Shown here piece by piece: positions 48,180 through 58,475 of a DNA stretch of 64,000 bases. Below the pieces are notes generated by a model. The model saw nothing but the letters and a program-made list of their open reading frames with translations, was not told the DNA's origin and searched no databases. Made by a program: the position numbers and the translations under genes. How positions within the stretch are numbered: the first letter of the stretch is position 1; each line of letters starts with the position of its first letter. The DNA is from an uncultured archaeon. GTDB taxonomy: Archaea > Thermoproteota > Nitrososphaeria > Nitrososphaerales > Gagatemarchaeaceae. The DNA lies in assembly GCA_963817525.1 (NCBI GenBank), contig CAWFOU010000001.1, positions 608,001-672,000 of the forward strand. The letters run 5' to 3'.

Positions 48180-49112
48180 TTGCGCGCTGCCGCCTGGACC
48201 TGCCGCCGTTCGATAACGCCTAAATGCCTGTGCGCGAATAATCGCTCCATTGTGCGCTTCAGTCTGAGGTATGTCGGGGAGGTGGCGTATCTGTTCTCGA
48301 GATATCCGGCTGCGATCATTCAACTCGGGAAAGGCGCCGATAGCGCGGCCAGCTATATCGACCAATCGAGGATCCTGGAGTATTCGAGGAGCCCGGTCCT
48401 GAGTAAGCGCGCGTTCGGATTCGAAATTTTTCTGAACCCTTCCGACAAGGTTGGAGTGTCTCCGTCCATCGGAGTCACGGGCCTGTACGAGCCACACGTC
48501 ACAGAGTTTTACCGGGGTCTCCTTCGAAAGGGCATGGTAGTGGTCGACGTGGGGGCTAACGTCGGTTGGTACACGATGCTCGCCGCGAAGCGCGCGTCCA
48601 AAGTCGTCTCTTTCGAGCCAGACCCTCTGAGCTTCTCGCTCATGCAGAGGTCGATAGCAAGAAATCGCTTCTCTAACGTGACGGCCGTCCAGGCATGTGT
48701 GACTGACTCCGTCGGCTTTCAGAGGCTGTACCTGGCGACCGAAAACCTGGGAGGGCACTCGACCGTGCGACGGCCGGGCGACTCTTACATCGAGGTGCCG
48801 AGCACGTCCTTGGGCGTCGCCTTGGGGGAGATGGGAGTCGACCGGATCGGAATCCTGAAGATAGACGCGGAGGGAGCGGAACCTCAGGTGGTGCTCGGCT
48901 CCAAAGAGCTCCTACCCAGGGTGGAGAATGTGATCATGGAGTGGAACCCCGAGGCTTGGCAGAGTCACTCGGAGCTGCTCGACGAGCTCTCGAACCGATT
49001 TTCGCTCTATGAGCTGGTGAGGAACCCGTTCCTCTCGAGGCGAATATCGCGCGAGGACCTGTCCGGCCTCTCGACGACGAACCTCTATCTCCGGAGAAGG
49101 AGCGCCGAATGA
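48180..49112 (+). CDS. FkbM family methyltransferase
   Basis: VDVGANVG, FEPD and KIDAEGAE; start uncertain. Confidence 0.9.
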   Translation: MRAAAWTCRRSITPKCLCANNRSIVRFSLRYVGEVAYLFSRYPAAIIQLGKGADSAASYIDQSRILEYSRSPVLSKRAFGFEIFLNPSDKVGVSPSIGVTGLYEPHVTEFYRGLLRKGMVVVDVGANVGWYTMLAAKRASKVVSFEPDPLSFSLMQRSIARNRFSNVTAVQACVTDSVGFQRLYLATENLGGHSTVRRPGDSYIEVPSTSLGVALGEMGVDRIGILKIDAEGAEPQVVLGSKELLPRVENVIMEWNPEAWQSHSELLDELSNRFSLYELVRNPFLSRRISREDLSGLSTTNLYLRRRSAE

Positions 49113-49142
49113 CCCCCGAGGTCACGCTTGACCCCGCTTGCG

Positions 49143-49889
49143 TCAAAACTTTCTCCTGTTCGACCCCTGCATGTGCAAGCGGGAGGCTCTTACCACGCCG
49201 ACTCCCCAGGCTCTTCCGTTCGCCCCCATGAGCATCAAGGGGATGGCGAGAAGGGGCAATGCCCGATAAAACACCCTGATTAGAGCCGAGGGCTTCGCGT
49301 AGTCTAGCGCCTGCAGTATTCCCAGGGTTGTCCTTTCCTTGTACGCTACCTCCTCTGCGGCGTTCTCCGTGCGAGCGGTAGTGACGTACGTGTCCCTGCA
49401 AAAGCTGACGCTCCGTTTGAGCTCCATGGCCTTGAAGAGGAGGTACGAGTCCTCGGCCATGCACGGCGGGACCGGAAGCAGCGCGTCCAGCACTTTCTTG
49501 CGTATCAACATCAGCTCCCCGCTGGCGAATAGGTTGAGCCTCTCCCTGAGCGGGTCGGCGAAGGCGTAGAAGCTCCTTTGGGGCCCACCGTCGGGTCTCA
49601 CGGCGCAGTATACGAGGTCGAACTTGGAGGCCAGCCCGAGGGCGAAGCCCAGCTCGTGGATGGTCGTGTCGACGTCGTTGACCGCCACTATGTCCACTCC
49701 GTCAGGGACGAGCTCGCAGCCGAAGTTCACGGCGTCCCACTTGCCCTCAGGCTTCCTGAACGCGACGCCCTTCGCGCTCATCTCCTCGCCGCAAACAACG
49801 GCGTACGGGTAGCCGTACGACTCGAGCTCGCGGATCTTCGACTCGACCATCCGGTGGTCTCGAGCGAGGACGAGAAAGAACACGCTCAC
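49143..49889 (-). CDS. compact GT2-like glycosyltransferase
   Basis: GKWDAVN, NDVD, SGEL and AEDSY. Confidence 0.8.
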   Translation of the reverse strand: MSVFFLVLARDHRMVESKIRELESYGYPYAVVCGEEMSAKGVAFRKPEGKWDAVNFGCELVPDGVDIVAVNDVDTTIHELGFALGLASKFDLVYCAVRPDGGPQRSFYAFADPLRERLNLFASGELMLIRKKVLDALLPVPPCMAEDSYLLFKAMELKRSVSFCRDTYVTTARTENAAEEVAYKERTTLGILQALDYAKPSALIRVFYRALPLLAIPLMLMGANGRAWGVGVVRASRLHMQGSNRRKF

Positions 49890-49929
49890 GTCTGTCCCAC
49901 CAGCCAGAGCCTGCGGCGACGGTCCCGAG

Positions 49930-50931
49930 CTAGCGGCGCCCCAACGTCTTTCTGAGCTCGAGCATTATCCGGTTCTCGGACCTCTTGGTCAGGAGCGAGG
50001 CCAGTGAGACGACCGCGCCCTGGGTGGCGATGAGCAACAGCATGACGCCGAGCAGCGCGTAGCCGCTGTGCCAGATGCCCAGAGCCAGCTTCTCGTAGAG
50101 AGTCCATGTCAAGATGCCCGCCGCGGGGATGGCACACAGTGAGACCAAGGCGCCAAACAGCAGGAGCGGGTTGCAATAATAGGCCATCCAGAAAAGGGTG
50201 CCGATTATTCTTCCCCCGTCTCTTGGGCGGAGCTTTTGTGTACCTAGCCTTTCTCCGTAGCCTATGGGGACCTGTGTTATTCTCCCGGAAGATGCTATGG
50301 AGCCGGCTATCTCAACCTCGACGTCGAACGACGTCGATGTAATCTGCACCTCGCGCGCCTTTTCAGTCCTCAGCAGGTACATCCCCGAGAGGACGTCCGT
50401 TATCGGCTCTCCGAAGAGCAGCTTGAACGCCTTGCTGATGACCCAATTTCCGAACCTATTGACCTGCGGGATGTTCTGCCTGCCTTTCGTCCTGGCCCCG
50501 ATCACTTCGTCGAATTCGGCGGCGTAAGGGAGCAAACGGTTCACGTCCGCCGCGCTGTAGGTGTAATCTCCGTCCATCACCACCAGGTACGGAGTCGAGA
50601 CCGCGTCGAAGGCGGTGACGAGGGCGCCGGCCTTTCCGGGGCCGCGCTGCTGCAGCACCTCCGCCCCCTTTGACCGCGCGATCTCAAGGGTTCCATCGTC
50701 AGAATATCCATCCACCACCAGGATGTTGTCGTACCCCTTGCTTTTCAGGTCGTCGAGGACCTTGCCTATCGCTTCGCGTTCGTTGAGCACGGGGATGACG
50801 ACGGTCACCTGGTCTGGGGTGACGAACCCGTTCCTCTGCTGCAGCCGGAGGAAGGCCTTCCCGTTCGCATCTGACTGTGGGATCTCAAACTCCAGTTCTG
50901 CGGCTTGTTCGGCGGCCGTTGTCACGGTCAT
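49930..50931 (-). CDS. GT2 dolichol-phosphate glycosyltransferase-like protein
   Basis: IPVLNE, VDGYSDDGT, MDGDYTY, R..GN and two C-terminal TM. Confidence 0.9.
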   Translation of the reverse strand: MTVTTAAEQAAELEFEIPQSDANGKAFLRLQQRNGFVTPDQVTVVIPVLNEREAIGKVLDDLKSKGYDNILVVDGYSDDGTLEIARSKGAEVLQQRGPGKAGALVTAFDAVSTPYLVVMDGDYTYSAADVNRLLPYAAEFDEVIGARTKGRQNIPQVNRFGNWVISKAFKLLFGEPITDVLSGMYLLRTEKAREVQITSTSFDVEVEIAGSIASSGRITQVPIGYGERLGTQKLRPRDGGRIIGTLFWMAYYCNPLLLFGALVSLCAIPAAGILTWTLYEKLALGIWHSGYALLGVMLLLIATQGAVVSLASLLTKRSENRIMLELRKTLGRR

Positions 50932-51351
50932 TATCGAGATGCACCGTTTGGACGGACGGCGATGATAGACCACCCCCCAAAGTCCGACCGAGAACGGTTT
51001 TGGAGAGGAATGAATCTCAGACACGGGCTACCATTCAGTAAACGCATGAGATACTCCATAGAATTCAATGTAAAAGCTCAAGCGCTATATATGGCTTCGC
51101 GAATTGGTTTCCATCTTTAGCATGTTTATGCTAATTTTTTCAGACCGCAAGAGCACTCCTGCGGATTCCGAGGAGGCTATCTTGTCCTAGCCCAAGACCA
51201 AGGTGAGGGCTGAAACCGAGCGTGGGAAGCGGCCTCCTTGTACTCGGACGAGGAGGCTTTCCCAAAGCGAATGGACCGACAAATTCAAGGTCGTAGTTGA
51301 ATAAACCTGATAAGGCCCGAACCGGACATTGCGCCAAGAGCGCATGAAAAC

Positions 51352-52926
51352 TTGTCCGGGGTTGCGATAGCCCAGCGGTCGACCAGGGCGAGCTTGGTCC
51401 TCTTCGCGGGAAATTTCGTTTCGACAGCCCTTCTCGCGGTCTCGTCTATCGTCATCGCGAGGCTGCTCGGGCCGGGGCCCTACGGCTCATACACCCTCGT
51501 CCTCGTGATGCCCCAGATTTTTCAGCTCTTCCTCGGTCTCGGGGTCGCCTCCGCGATAACCCGCTTCTCGGCATACCATATCGCCCGGGGCGACCCAGAC
51601 GCCGCGAGGAGGTTCTCGGTGAACAGCATGATCTTCCTAATGCTGTTCGGCGCGGCGCTCTCGCTGGTCTGTTTCCTGAGCGCCGGATTCCTCTCTGGTG
51701 TCCTCCTGCACAGGGAAGCGCTTGCTCCGCTCGTCCGATACGTTTCGATCGCAGTCCTGGCGCAGACAGCCCTTCAGGCGTCCGTTTCGGGGCTGGTGGG
51801 GTGGAACTCAATGGGCCTCGCCAGCCTCGCCTCGATAGCCCAAGCTGCCCTCCGGTTGTCGGTGGCACCCATATTGGTCCTTTCAGGATTTGGCGTCTTC
51901 GGGGCGCTCACGGGCTACACGGTGGGATATCTACTCGCCGGCGGGGTCACGTGCATAGCGTTCTACGTCCTCAAACTTCGGGGAGATCTCGGACCGGGTG
52001 GGTCGGGGAGATTCTTATCAGACATCAGGGAGATGGTCTCCTACGGCCTCCCGATCTACGCTGGAGGCGTCCTCACGGGACTCGCGACCTACTACGTGAC
52101 GATACTCGTCGCGGCAATATCGGCCGACGCGGTCGTGGGCTATTACCAGGCTGCGAACAATATTACGTCAGCTTACACTTTGGCACTGGCGGCGATAACG
52201 TTGGCGCTCTTCCCCGCCTTCTCGAGCCTTCACGGGACGGGCGCAGACACGAGACTTGCGTTCCGCCACGCGACAAAGTACGTCGCATACTTGATGGCCC
52301 CCCTGATCGTCTTCATCGCAGGCAGTTCCAAGGTCGTCCTGACCATACTCTATGGGTCGCAGTTCTCCGCGGCCGGCACCTACTTGGTGCTTCTAGCGCT
52401 GTCAGACATTCCGCTGGTCGTCGGGTTTACGGTCGCAGCCTCCTTCTTCAACGGGGTCGGGAAGACGAGGTTGTCCCTGGCGGTCGGCGGGGTGGGAGCC
52501 GGAATCCTGTTCGTTGGCGCCCCCCTCTTGGGCAGCGTCCTCAACCTTGGCGTCGACGGCCTGATCTACGCGCAGCTCATATCCAACGCGTCTGCGGCCG
52601 CCGCCTGCCTCTACTTCGCTTCGCGTTACCTAAAGGCGACGGTGGACCTGAGATCCATCGTAGCGGTCTTCGGGGCATCGGTCATCGGGTACCTCGCGCT
52701 GTTCCTGCTGTCACTCCTGGAACTCCCTAGCGTCATTGCTCTGGCCGCCGATTTTCTTGTTTTCTTCTTCGTCTACCTTACCTTCACCCCGGTACTCGGG
52801 GCTATCGACGCGGCAGACGTGGAGAGGCTCGGAGCGGCCTTCGCTGGTTTGGGGGCCTTCGCGAGACTCTTGCAGCCGATCATGGGATACGAGCTCCTCG
52901 TGCTGAGGCGAATGAAACCTGACTGA
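51352..52926 (+). CDS. Wzx-like oligosaccharide flippase
   Basis: IARLLGPGPYG, VGYYQAA and LFPAFS; about 14 TM. Confidence 0.9.
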   Translation: MSGVAIAQRSTRASLVLFAGNFVSTALLAVSSIVIARLLGPGPYGSYTLVLVMPQIFQLFLGLGVASAITRFSAYHIARGDPDAARRFSVNSMIFLMLFGAALSLVCFLSAGFLSGVLLHREALAPLVRYVSIAVLAQTALQASVSGLVGWNSMGLASLASIAQAALRLSVAPILVLSGFGVFGALTGYTVGYLLAGGVTCIAFYVLKLRGDLGPGGSGRFLSDIREMVSYGLPIYAGGVLTGLATYYVTILVAAISADAVVGYYQAANNITSAYTLALAAITLALFPAFSSLHGTGADTRLAFRHATKYVAYLMAPLIVFIAGSSKVVLTILYGSQFSAAGTYLVLLALSDIPLVVGFTVAASFFNGVGKTRLSLAVGGVGAGILFVGAPLLGSVLNLGVDGLIYAQLISNASAAAACLYFASRYLKATVDLRSIVAVFGASVIGYLALFLLSLLELPSVIALAADFLVFFFVYLTFTPVLGAIDAADVERLGAAFAGLGAFARLLQPIMGYELLVLRRMKPD

Positions 52927-52956
52927 TGGGATTCCGCAGCGCGTCAGCAGGGGTCC

Positions 52957-53586
52957 TTGACGCCACGGTTCTTGCGGGAGGCCGCGAGAGAGGGTGGGAA
53001 GCTCCTGCTGGTGATGGCGGGTTTGAGCTTCCTGTTCATCCTGCTGGCGCTCGTGATTTCGCCCACATCTACGAACGCGGCCCCCGCTCCGGCGCTGCCA
53101 AGTTCGCAGCCTCTTCCGTTGCCCAGCTTCTTCTATGCCGGCAACCAGATCCTCATCCACATAATCACCGGGTTCGCCGCCGGGGCCCTTTCACTCGACC
53201 CGGCGGTCGCGCTCGTGGGCGCCGCCGTCGGTCCGCTGATAGACCTCGACCATCTCGGGTTCTATGCCGGTCTCCCGATCGACGCGAGGGTCGGCCACAG
53301 CTTCCTCATGGTGGCTTCGATCGTCTTGCTCGACTGGCGCCTGCACTTTTGGGGCAGGGGGACTCGCAACCTGTTCTTGTTCATCTCGCTGGAGTTCAGC
53401 GTCCACCTGGCGGTCGCCCCTCCGGGCTTCCCTCTCTTCGCGCCGCTGAGCGCCGCGGTGGTCTATTTCCCTAGCGTCGTCCCCGCGGCGCTCGCCGCCG
53501 TCCTGGCCGTGGCATTCTTCCTAGACTCGACGGGCCGTGCCGGCGCGCTTCGACTGCGAAGAAGCGTGCACCCTGCGACCGGATGA
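52957..53586 (+). CDS. membrane-bound metal-dependent hydrolase-like protein
   Basis: H..G, IDLDH, R..HS and H..A motifs in a TM protein. Confidence 0.7.
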   Translation: MTPRFLREAAREGGKLLLVMAGLSFLFILLALVISPTSTNAAPAPALPSSQPLPLPSFFYAGNQILIHIITGFAAGALSLDPAVALVGAAVGPLIDLDHLGFYAGLPIDARVGHSFLMVASIVLLDWRLHFWGRGTRNLFLFISLEFSVHLAVAPPGFPLFAPLSAAVVYFPSVVPAALAAVLAVAFFLDSTGRAGALRLRRSVHPATG

Positions 53587-53645
53587 CCGGATTACCAGGC
53601 AATGTTGCATATGCGTTTATATATCTACACGTCTACAATTCCCAC

Positions 53646-53891
53646 ATGAGCACGACCATCCGGATCTCCCGGGAGGACAAGGAGAGGCTCGAGAGGCTTG
53701 CCAAGAGGATGAAGGCCAAGACCTTCGCGGAGGCCCTCCGAAAGGCCCTCGAGAGCGCCGAGGAAGCCGACGAGCGCTTCTCGGGCAATCTGGAGGCACT
53801 GTCCAAGACGCTCCGCAGCGCGCGGGCGGTCGGCGGCGACGTGTCATCGAGGGTCGACGAAGAGCTCGCAAAGGCGGTTGGGGACGGATAG
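53646..53891 (+). CDS. vapB: RHH antitoxin
   Basis: MSTTIRISREDKERL..TFAEALR; TTTATATA at 53616-53623. Confidence 0.85.
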   Translation: MSTTIRISREDKERLERLAKRMKAKTFAEALRKALESAEEADERFSGNLEALSKTLRSARAVGGDVSSRVDEELAKAVGDG

Positions 53892-53897
53892 CGGAGC

Positions 53898-54362
53898 TTG
53901 GCGATCCTCCTGGACACGGGCGTCTTCTACGGGCTCTATGACCGAAAGGATGCGAACCACGACAACTCGGTGGCGCTCGTGGCACACGCGCTCGCCGGAC
54001 GATGGGGCAGGGTCTTCCTCTCCAACTACGTGACGCTGGAGACGACGCTCCTCCTTCGCTCCAAGATGGGACCCGCTCTCCCGAGGACGTTCCTCGAGTT
54101 CGTCGAGGAGAGCGGAATCGTAGAGGCGCTCGTCGACGAAGAGACGAACAGGCAGGCGAAGGAGATATTCAACGCGGATGCGGCCCTCAGTCTAACTGAC
54201 TCCGCGTCGGTGGCTTTCCTCCGCTCCCTGAGGATTCGCTGGCTCGGCACCTATGACGAGAGGAGCTTCAGGAGATATTCCCGGGACATCGTCGGACCCT
54301 CTTACTGGGAGACGCTAGGCGAGGAAGAGAGAGAGCGCCTGAGCAAGTCTGGGATAAAATGA
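53898..54362 (+). CDS. vapC: VapC PIN toxin
   Basis: ILLDTGVF, VTLE, SLTDS and TYD. Confidence 0.9.
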   Translation: MAILLDTGVFYGLYDRKDANHDNSVALVAHALAGRWGRVFLSNYVTLETTLLLRSKMGPALPRTFLEFVEESGIVEALVDEETNRQAKEIFNADAALSLTDSASVAFLRSLRIRWLGTYDERSFRRYSRDIVGPSYWETLGEEERERLSKSGIK

Positions 54363-54443
54363 CGGCGGTGAGCCGACAGCTCATGGAGCTACCTAGCTGG
54401 ACGGTGTCGAGAACCATATCCGGCTAACGCAGCGGCTGGCCGC

Positions 54444-54887
54444 TCATCGCCACGCCGCCCGCATCTTCTCGAGGCGGTCGCTAACCCCGGCGTCTTGGAG
54501 TCCGACTATCTCCGCGGCGAGGATCCCGGCGTTCCTGGCGTTGTCGATCCCTACGCAGCCCACCGGGACGCCTGGCGGCATCTGGACTATCGATAGCAGC
54601 GAGTCGAGGCCGTTCAGCTTCGCGTTCACCGGGACGCCGATGACTGGCCTCACCGTGACGGAGGCTATGACCCCGGGCAGGTGCGCCGCGAGTCCGGCCA
54701 CCGCGATGTAGACGTCCGCCTTCGATCCGGCAAGGTACTTTCGCAGGCCTTCGGGGTTCCTGTGGGCGGAGAGGAACTGGACCTCGTGGGAGACCCCCAG
54801 CTCCGTGAGGACCTTCACGGCCTCCTCCACTATCGGCTGGTCACTCTTGCTGCCAGCTATTATCGCGACCTTCACGTTGTCTGCCAT
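54444..54887 (-). CDS. purE: N5-CAIR mutase / AIR carboxylase
   Basis: [18 protein letters not shown] and QMPPGVPV. Confidence 0.96.
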   Translation of the reverse strand: MADNVKVAIIAGSKSDQPIVEEAVKVLTELGVSHEVQFLSAHRNPEGLRKYLAGSKADVYIAVAGLAAHLPGVIASVTVRPVIGVPVNAKLNGLDSLLSIVQMPPGVPVGCVGIDNARNAGILAAEIVGLQDAGVSDRLEKMRAAWR

Positions 54888-54913
54888 TCTCTCGCAGCCT
54901 GCTCCGTCTTCCT

Positions 54914-55522
54914 CTATTTTTGAATGCTGCGCTGCGCGGCCCCGAGGGCCGGCCTGACAACCCTTCGCTCGGTCACTATGACGTCGAGCGGGATGTCGTG
55001 CCTCGACTCGGGGATGTGCGCGAGGCGCTGCGACTCTAGCGCGAGCCCCACCTTTGTCGCCCGGCCTGCCCCGACGAGCGCGCGGTCAAAGTACCCTGCG
55101 CCATAGCCTAGGCGGTGGCCCTTCTCGTCCCAGGCAACCAGGGGGACGAGGACGACGTCGGCGTCCTCGATGGAGACCTGCGTGGTCTTTCCAGGCTTGG
55201 GCTCGAGTATCCCGAAGGCCCCCGGCGCGAGGTCGTCCTGGAACGACGTGATTTCGTGGAAGCTCAGGGTCTTCGAGTGGACGTCGGTGGCTATCACGGC
55301 GAACCTCTTCCCCTCCGCGAGCGCCCTCTCTATGATGTGCCTGGTCTGTACCTCGTCGTCCTTCGCGCAGTACGAGATCACGAGCTTCGCGTCCTTGTAC
55401 TCCTTCAGGGAGAGGAGGTTCTCCTCGACGTGTTTGCTCAGCGCGTCGAGCTTACCTCTCGCGATCGACCGCCTCCTCCGCAGGGCGGCGTCCCTGAGCT
55501 CCTGCTTCCTTTCGCGCAGCAA
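54914..55522 (-). CDS. fthC: 5-formyltetrahydrofolate cyclo-ligase
   Basis: [22 protein letters not shown] and HDIPLD. Confidence 0.94.
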   Translation of the reverse strand: MLRERKQELRDAALRRRRSIARGKLDALSKHVEENLLSLKEYKDAKLVISYCAKDDEVQTRHIIERALAEGKRFAVIATDVHSKTLSFHEITSFQDDLAPGAFGILEPKPGKTTQVSIEDADVVLVPLVAWDEKGHRLGYGAGYFDRALVGAGRATKVGLALESQRLAHIPESRHDIPLDVIVTERRVVRPALGAAQRSIQK

Positions 55523-56401
55523 TCACTTCAGCACCCCGCTGTCGTTGAGGTCGTTCTGGAGCGCCGCGGCGACGAGGGTGTTCTCCATGAGCATGGCGAC
55601 CGTCATAGGCCCGACGCCTCCCGGCACGGGGGTTATCATCGAGGCCTTCGCCGCGACCTCGTCGAACTCCGCGTCCCCGACGAGCTTCCCGTGGACCCTG
55701 TTCATGGCGACGTCTATCACAACAGCCCGGTCCTTGACCATGTCCCGTGTGAGGGTGAAGCCAGGGCGGCGGCCCACCGCGGTCACGAGCACGTCGGCCT
55801 GCCTTGTCAGGGAGAGAAGGTCGTTGGACTTTGAGTGGCAGACGGTGACGGTGGCGTCTTCGGCCAGTAGGAGGTGCGTGAGCGGCCTCCCCACGAGGGC
55901 GCTCCGGTTGATTATCACGCACCTTGACCCCGCGAGTGGGACCTTGTAGTGGCGCAGGAGCTCCATGATGCCCTTGGGGGTGCAGGGGACGAGGACGCCC
56001 TGGTTGTAGAAGAGCCTCCCCATGTTCAGGGTAGTGAGCCCATCGACGTCCTTCTCGGGCGAGATGAGGTCGATCATGTTCCTGCCGTCGAGGTGCGAGG
56101 GGAGGGGAAGCTCGAGGATTATCCCGTTGACTGACTTGTCCGCGTTGAGCCTGCGTATCAGGAGGGCGAGGTCGTTCGCGGAGGACGGACCTGGCAGGTG
56201 GAACCCTTCGACCTTTATGCCGAGCTCCTGGGCCGCGCGGTGCTTCCCCGCCACGTAGACCTTGGAGGGCGCGTCGTCCCCTACGAGGATGGTCGCGAGC
56301 CTGGGCTGGACGCCGGCGCCCTTCATCATCGCGGTCTCCTGCGCGAGGCGGGACTTTATCTCCGCGGCGAGGGCCTTCCCGTCCATGAGGACAGCGGTCA
56401 T
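55523..56401 (-). CDS. folD: methylene-THF dehydrogenase/cyclohydrolase
   Basis: MDGKAL, KDVDG, PCTPKG and TPVPGGVGPMT; ATG 56401. Confidence 0.96.
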   Translation of the reverse strand: MTAVLMDGKALAAEIKSRLAQETAMMKGAGVQPRLATILVGDDAPSKVYVAGKHRAAQELGIKVEGFHLPGPSSANDLALLIRRLNADKSVNGIILELPLPSHLDGRNMIDLISPEKDVDGLTTLNMGRLFYNQGVLVPCTPKGIMELLRHYKVPLAGSRCVIINRSALVGRPLTHLLLAEDATVTVCHSKSNDLLSLTRQADVLVTAVGRRPGFTLTRDMVKDRAVVIDVAMNRVHGKLVGDAEFDEVAAKASMITPVPGGVGPMTVAMLMENTLVAAALQNDLNDSGVLK

Positions 56402-57036
56402 TTCTTGGATATCACTACCCTTCTTCCCTCGATTTTTAGCCTTCCCTCGACGAAGAGCTTGACCGCCAGGGGGTAGACGAGGTGCTCCTGCCTCAGGATC
56501 CTCCCCGCGAGGCTCTCGGGCGTGTCCCCCTCCTCGACCGTCACCGAGCGCTGGACGATTATGGGGCCGGAGTCCACCTCGGGGACGACGAAGTGCACTG
56601 TGCAGCCGGAGACCTTCACCCCATGCTCGAGCGCCTGCTGCTGCGCCCTCATCCCGGGGAAGGCGGGGAGGAGGGCGGGGTGGATGTTCATGATCCTGCC
56701 TCTGAACGCGTCGACGAAGGAGGGCGAGAGCAGCCTCATGAAGCCCGCTAGGAGGACGAGCCCCGCTTCGGGCGTCACTCCGCTCTCTCGCAGGCTCGCC
56801 AGGAGCTTGGCGTCGTAGTCCGCGCGGCTCGAGGCGCCGGCGGGGTCGACCCACACCGCGCGTACGCCGTGCTTCCTCGCGGTCTCCAAGGCCTTCGCAT
56901 CCTTCCTGTCACTGATCACCACGGCCAGTTGGGCGCCCTTGACCTTCCCGCTCTCGACGGAGCGGATGACGGACAGCATGTTGCTCCCCCTGCCCGAGAC
57001 GAGGATGCCTAGCTTGCAGGTCCGCGCTCTTGGCAA
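56398..57036 (-). CDS. purN: GAR transformylase
   Basis: SGRGSN, LAGFMR, NIHPALLP and GCTVHFV..DSGPII. Confidence 0.96.
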   Translation of the reverse strand: MPRARTCKLGILVSGRGSNMLSVIRSVESGKVKGAQLAVVISDRKDAKALETARKHGVRAVWVDPAGASSRADYDAKLLASLRESGVTPEAGLVLLAGFMRLLSPSFVDAFRGRIMNIHPALLPAFPGMRAQQQALEHGVKVSGCTVHFVVPEVDSGPIIVQRSVTVEEGDTPESLAGRILRQEHLVYPLAVKLFVEGRLKIEGRRVVISKK

Positions 57037-57044
57037 GGGCTCCC

Positions 57045-58475
57045 TCAGGCCTTCGTCTCTTTCTTAGCCTTGACGGTCTCCAGCTTGGAGTAGTCCCCGT
57101 TTATGCACGCGAAGCAGAGGCTGTTCTTGGGGAGGCCTATCGCCTCGGAGAGCCCGTCGATATCGTTGTAGTGGAGCTCTTCAATCCCGAGGGACGCGGC
57201 CACCTTGCGGCCTATCGCCTCGATGTTCGTTTCGTCGCGAGCCACCCTGTATGCGAGGAGCTCCTCCCTGCTCGGAAAGTCAACCCCCATGTAGCACGGG
57301 TGCATGATGGGGGGGAAGGTGATCGCCATCTTGATGCTCTTCGCGCCCGCCTCGCGGAGGGCGTCGACGATTATCTCGGAGCTCGTCCCCCGGACGACGC
57401 TGTCGTCTACCACGATCACGTCCTTCCCGTGGATGGTCTCCTTGATCGGTATTATCCTCTTCACGACCTCCTCCCTGCCGCCCTGCCTCGGCTCGATGAA
57501 GCTCCTCATGCTCCCCTTTCGCCGATACCTGTCCTTCATGAGCCCCTCGTCCATCGGGATGCCGCTCTCGGTGGCGTAGCCCAAGGCGGCCGGGCGGGCC
57601 GAGTCCGGGACGGGTATGACCACCTTGCCCTTCATCCGGCTGCGGCGGGCGAGTATCTTGCCCACGTTCTTCCTCGCCTCGTAGACGTTTACGCCGTCTA
57701 TGACCGACGCCGGATGGGCGAAGTAGGTGTACTCGAAGGAGCAGTGGGCGGACTCGACCTTCGGCGCATACCTGTAGGACTCGAACCCCCTCCTTGGCCC
57801 GCCCAGGCGAATGATCTCCCCCGGCTCGACGTCCCTGACGAACTCCGCGTCCACCGCGGTCAGGGCGCAGCTCTCCGAGGCCACTATGTGGGTCGCCGAC
57901 TTTTTGTGGAACCCGATGCACAGGGGCCTGTAGCCCCGGGGGTCTCTCACGGCGAAGACCTCGCCCTGCTTGTTTAGTATCGTGAACGAGTAGGCGCCCC
58001 TCACCTCCTTGGAGAGGCGCTCGAAAGCGTAGAACCAGTCGTTCTCCTCCTTCAGGATCTGGAGGAGCCTTTGCCCGACAACCTTGGTGTCGGTGGAGCA
58101 GTCCGCGCTCGCGCGCGACGCGAGGACCGTCTTCTTCACGTCATCTGTGTTGAAGATGGTCCCGTTGTGCGCGATGCTGAACTCGCTCCCCACCTGGATG
58201 GGCTGCGCGTTGCCGAGGTTGGAGCGGCCCTTTGTAGAGTAACGGATGTGCCCGATGCCGGACGCGCCCTTGTACGCGGTGAGGTCCTGAGCGAAGTTGA
58301 TCCAGTTGAACGCGAGGCCCATCCGCTTGAAGACGGGCTTTCCCTGGACGGCTATCCCCCAAGACTCCTGCCCCCTGTGCTGGAGGGCCTCAAGGCCCTT
58401 CAGGATCTTGGGGACGACGTCGGTGCCCTTCTTGGAGTGGGCGCCGAACACCCCGCACGCTTCCTTCGCGCCCAT
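57045..58475 (-). CDS. purF: amidophosphoribosyltransferase
   Basis: EACGVFG, LQHRGQE, GHIRYST and VDDSVVRGT. Confidence 0.97.
   Translation of the reverse strand: MGAKEACGVFGAHSKKGTDVVPKILKGLEALQHRGQESWGIAVQGKPVFKRMGLAFNWINFAQDLTAYKGASGIGHIRYSTKGRSNLGNAQPIQVGSEFSIAHNGTIFNTDDVKKTVLASRASADCSTDTKVVGQRLLQILKEENDWFYAFERLSKEVRGAYSFTILNKQGEVFAVRDPRGYRPLCIGFHKKSATHIVASESCALTAVDAEFVRDVEPGEIIRLGGPRRGFESYRYAPKVESAHCSFEYTYFAHPASVIDGVNVYEARKNVGKILARRSRMKGKVVIPVPDSARPAALGYATESGIPMDEGLMKDRYRRKGSMRSFIEPRQGGREEVVKRIIPIKETIHGKDVIVVDDSVVRGTSSEIIVDALREAGAKSIKMAITFPPIMHPCYMGVDFPSREELLAYRVARDETNIEAIGRKVAASLGIEELHYNDIDGLSEAIGLPKNSLCFACINGDYSKLETVKAKKETKA

Noticed and set aside
55523-56854. 443-aa extended FolD and other long N-terminal extensions (purB, acs, xdhC, CPBP, padR, purQ)
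   Set aside because: They overlap neighbouring genes or promoters and are artefacts of taking the first start in GC-rich DNA
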